Positions 22,232 to 23,389 of a stretch of 23,389 bases of DNA are shown in pieces. The position numbers and the translations under genes are program-made. Source of the stretch: a virus. Within the stretch, counting starts at the first letter, position 1. The number at the start of each line of letters is the position of its first letter. The notes under the pieces were generated by a model. That model worked only from the letters and a program-made list of their open reading frames with translations. It was not told the origin of the DNA and did no database searches. The stretch lies in IMG/VR virus record IMGVR_UViG_3300037307_000339. One strand, 5' to 3'.

Positions 22232-22372
22232 TCAGTGGAAAACTTCGCTAACATAAACCATGCAGAACACTTCGGTGTTCATTCTTGCCCAGTGGTGGGC
22301 ATCGAAACCCACTTGGAACACCTTTTCATAAACCTCAGGGCAGCCATGCAACTGGTACGTTACCTTAAACAT
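22232..22372 (-). CDS. small protein (46 aa, below the track cutoff)
   Basis: Hand translation: MFKVTYQLHGCPEVYEKVFQVGFDAHHWARMNTEVFCMVYVSEVFH, stop TGA. GAGAGGAAG SD upstream. It is the first ORF after the promoter at 22470-22510. Confidence 0.45.
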   Translation of the reverse strand: MFKVTYQLHGCPEVYEKVFQVGFDAHHWARMNTEVFCMVYVSEVFH

Positions 22373-22469
22373 CTAAACTTCCTCTCAGATTGAGACAGTA
22401 GTCGCTTTGCACCCCACAACATCAGACATCGTCGTCACTTGCTGTTGAGTTTGCTTACTTTGTGACTAT

Positions 22470-22510
22470 AGTATAGCACAAATTTTCAGGAAGTCAAGTT
22501 TTTTTTTTAA
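22470..22510 (-). promoter_or_regulatory. strong sigma70-type promoter with A-tract (family member)
   Basis: AAAAAAAAAAC-TTGACT(22497..22492)-16 bp-TATACT(22475..22470) with TGC before the -10, then the leader ATAGTCACAAAGTAAGCAAACTCAACAGCAAGTGAC. Confidence 0.7.
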
Positions 22511-23060
22511 AATAGTTTTCTGAAGGGGAACCCTGTAGAACGTTACTCAGCGCGCGAAACACCGTAGCGTTAAACAGCCTTTCACGGGGTAGGTTGGCTT
22601 CCATCATGATGAACTCCTTCACGAACCTAGCTACTGCTGCACTTCGGCTAACTCCAGCATAACAGTGGACGATAAGATTTATGGGTTGAGGTAACTCGTG
22701 AAGTAGAATGACAAAGTTGACGATTTCGACAGCTTGCTCTTTCGAGATAGGCTTAAGCCTACAGCTTGGATACTCGATATCCACATCATCGAATTGAAGC
22801 TGAATACCATCATACCAAAGTGGATGATTGATCTTAGGGGCTGGTAACTCATCAGGCTCATTCCCGTAAATCGAAATATAAGCGTGAGTTTCTTTTGATG
22901 GAGAATCAGAAGTTGGGTAAAAGTTGATTTGTTTAAATTGAGAACGACTTATGTGTTTCACTGAAAGGATCATATCATTACCTACAGTAGATTGCTTGCA
23001 AAGTGTCCACAGTGTAACATACCTACAACTGAATATTAAGTCCTTTTTTTTCTTACTCAT
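22494..23060 (-). CDS. Cys-based phosphatase (HCX5R, PTP/dual-specificity fold)
   Basis: LIVHCYAGVSRSAAVARF matches the HCxxGxxR(S/T) P-loop signature. The start is uncertain: the ATG at 23060 has no SD and abuts the repeat array, while the ATG at 22973 has an AGGT motif 7 nt upstream. Confidence 0.7.
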   Translation of the reverse strand: MSKKKKDLIFSCRYVTLWTLCKQSTVGNDMILSVKHISRSQFKQINFYPTSDSPSKETHAYISIYGNEPDELPAPKINHPLWYDGIQLQFDDVDIEYPSCRLKPISKEQAVEIVNFVILLHELPQPINLIVHCYAGVSRSAAVARFVKEFIMMEANLPRERLFNATVFRALSNVLQGSPSENYFKKKT

Positions 23061-23389
23061 TCTTTTTAAAGGTACTTAGTGGTTACAGCTTTTTAAAGGT
23101 ACTTAGTGGTTACAGTTATCTACAATGAAGATAGATCATTTTATTCTTTTTAAATGAAGATAGATCATCTTATTCTTTTAAAGGTACTTAGTGGTTACAG
23201 CTTTTTAAAGGTACTTAGTAGTTACAGTTATCTATAATGAAGATAGATCATCTTATTCTTTTTAAATGAAGATAGATCATTTTATTCTTTTTAAATGAAG
23301 ATAGATCATCTTATTCTTTTAAAGGTACTTAGTGGTTACAGCTTTTTAAAGGTACTTAGTAGTTACAGTTATCTATAATGAAGATAGAT
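23061..23389. repeat. composite tandem-repeat array (27-bp A units and 29-bp B units), truncated by the window end
   Basis: A units (AAAGGTACTTAGTRGTTACAG) start at 23068, 23095, 23180, 23207, 23321 and 23348. B units (ATGAAGATAGATCATYTTATTCTTTTTA) start at 23125, 23154, 23237, 23266, 23295 and 23378 (partial). The order is AA-BB-AA-BBB-AA-B..., giving higher-order periods of 112 and 141 bp. Confidence 0.95.

Noticed and set aside
583-22251. All plus-strand ORFs in the track (for example 583-777, 978-1211, 3353-3568, 3590-4080, 5825-6079, 6144-6503, 6705-7013, 7520-7765, 8158-8376, 9813-10163, 12123-12485, 13857-14129, 15702-16279, 17072-17681, 18000-18245, 19063-19293, 19649-19927, 20246-20554, 21384-21620, 21802-22251)
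   Set aside because: Each lies antisense to a better-supported minus-strand gene, tRNA or promoter. For example, 8158-8376 and 21384-21620 run through tRNA genes, and 12123-12485 starts inside the -35 of a minus-strand promoter. None has a convincing SD or a recognisable motif. They are typical shadow ORFs of a one-strand phage module.
23061-23389. CRISPR array interpretation of the terminal repeats
   Set aside because: There are no unique spacers. The two repeat types abut each other and themselves with only short constant linkers. The units are AT-rich and lack the usual repeat palindrome. No cas genes are in the window.

Overview
The window reads as a segment of a large, tRNA-rich, virulent-type bacteriophage genome. 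A Gram-negative host is implied by sigma70-consensus promoters, Sec and lipobox signals, and an HlyD-type periplasmic adaptor. Every credible gene lies on the minus strand, and the plus-strand ORFs in the track look like antisense shadows. I count about 40 mostly small CDSs. At least 11 are well-folded tRNA genes in four islands (Thr, Trp, Asn, Pro, Phe; Arg-UCU, Gly; Arg-ACG, Ala, Met, Val), and several more tRNA-like sequences are non-canonical or decayed. A family of near-identical strong promoters (A-tract, TTGACA/T, 16-17 bp, TATACT) carries a conserved transcribed leader. The window ends in a composite tandem-repeat array that is cut off at its 3' edge. Recognisable proteins are a SleB-type cell-wall hydrolase, an NDP-sugar pyrophosphorylase, a calcineurin-like metallophosphoesterase and an HCX5R phosphatase. 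The main item is a ~7 kb translationally coupled operon (12393-19381). It runs promoter, radical SAM enzyme, 92-aa protein, HExxH protein, Sec-secreted protein, HlyD-like membrane-fusion protein, multi-zinc-ribbon protein, processive GT2 synthase (D,D,D,QxxRW), then a periplasmic TIM-barrel glycosidase-like protein. I read this as a phage-encoded synthase-dependent polysaccharide production and export module, which I do not recognise as a described phage system. Second is a tRNA-shaped RNA gene at 21169-21290 with its acceptor stem capped and its anticodon position open, which is the topology of a circularly permuted tRNA or a YrlA-like Y RNA. All functional calls rest on motifs read by eye; no database search was possible.
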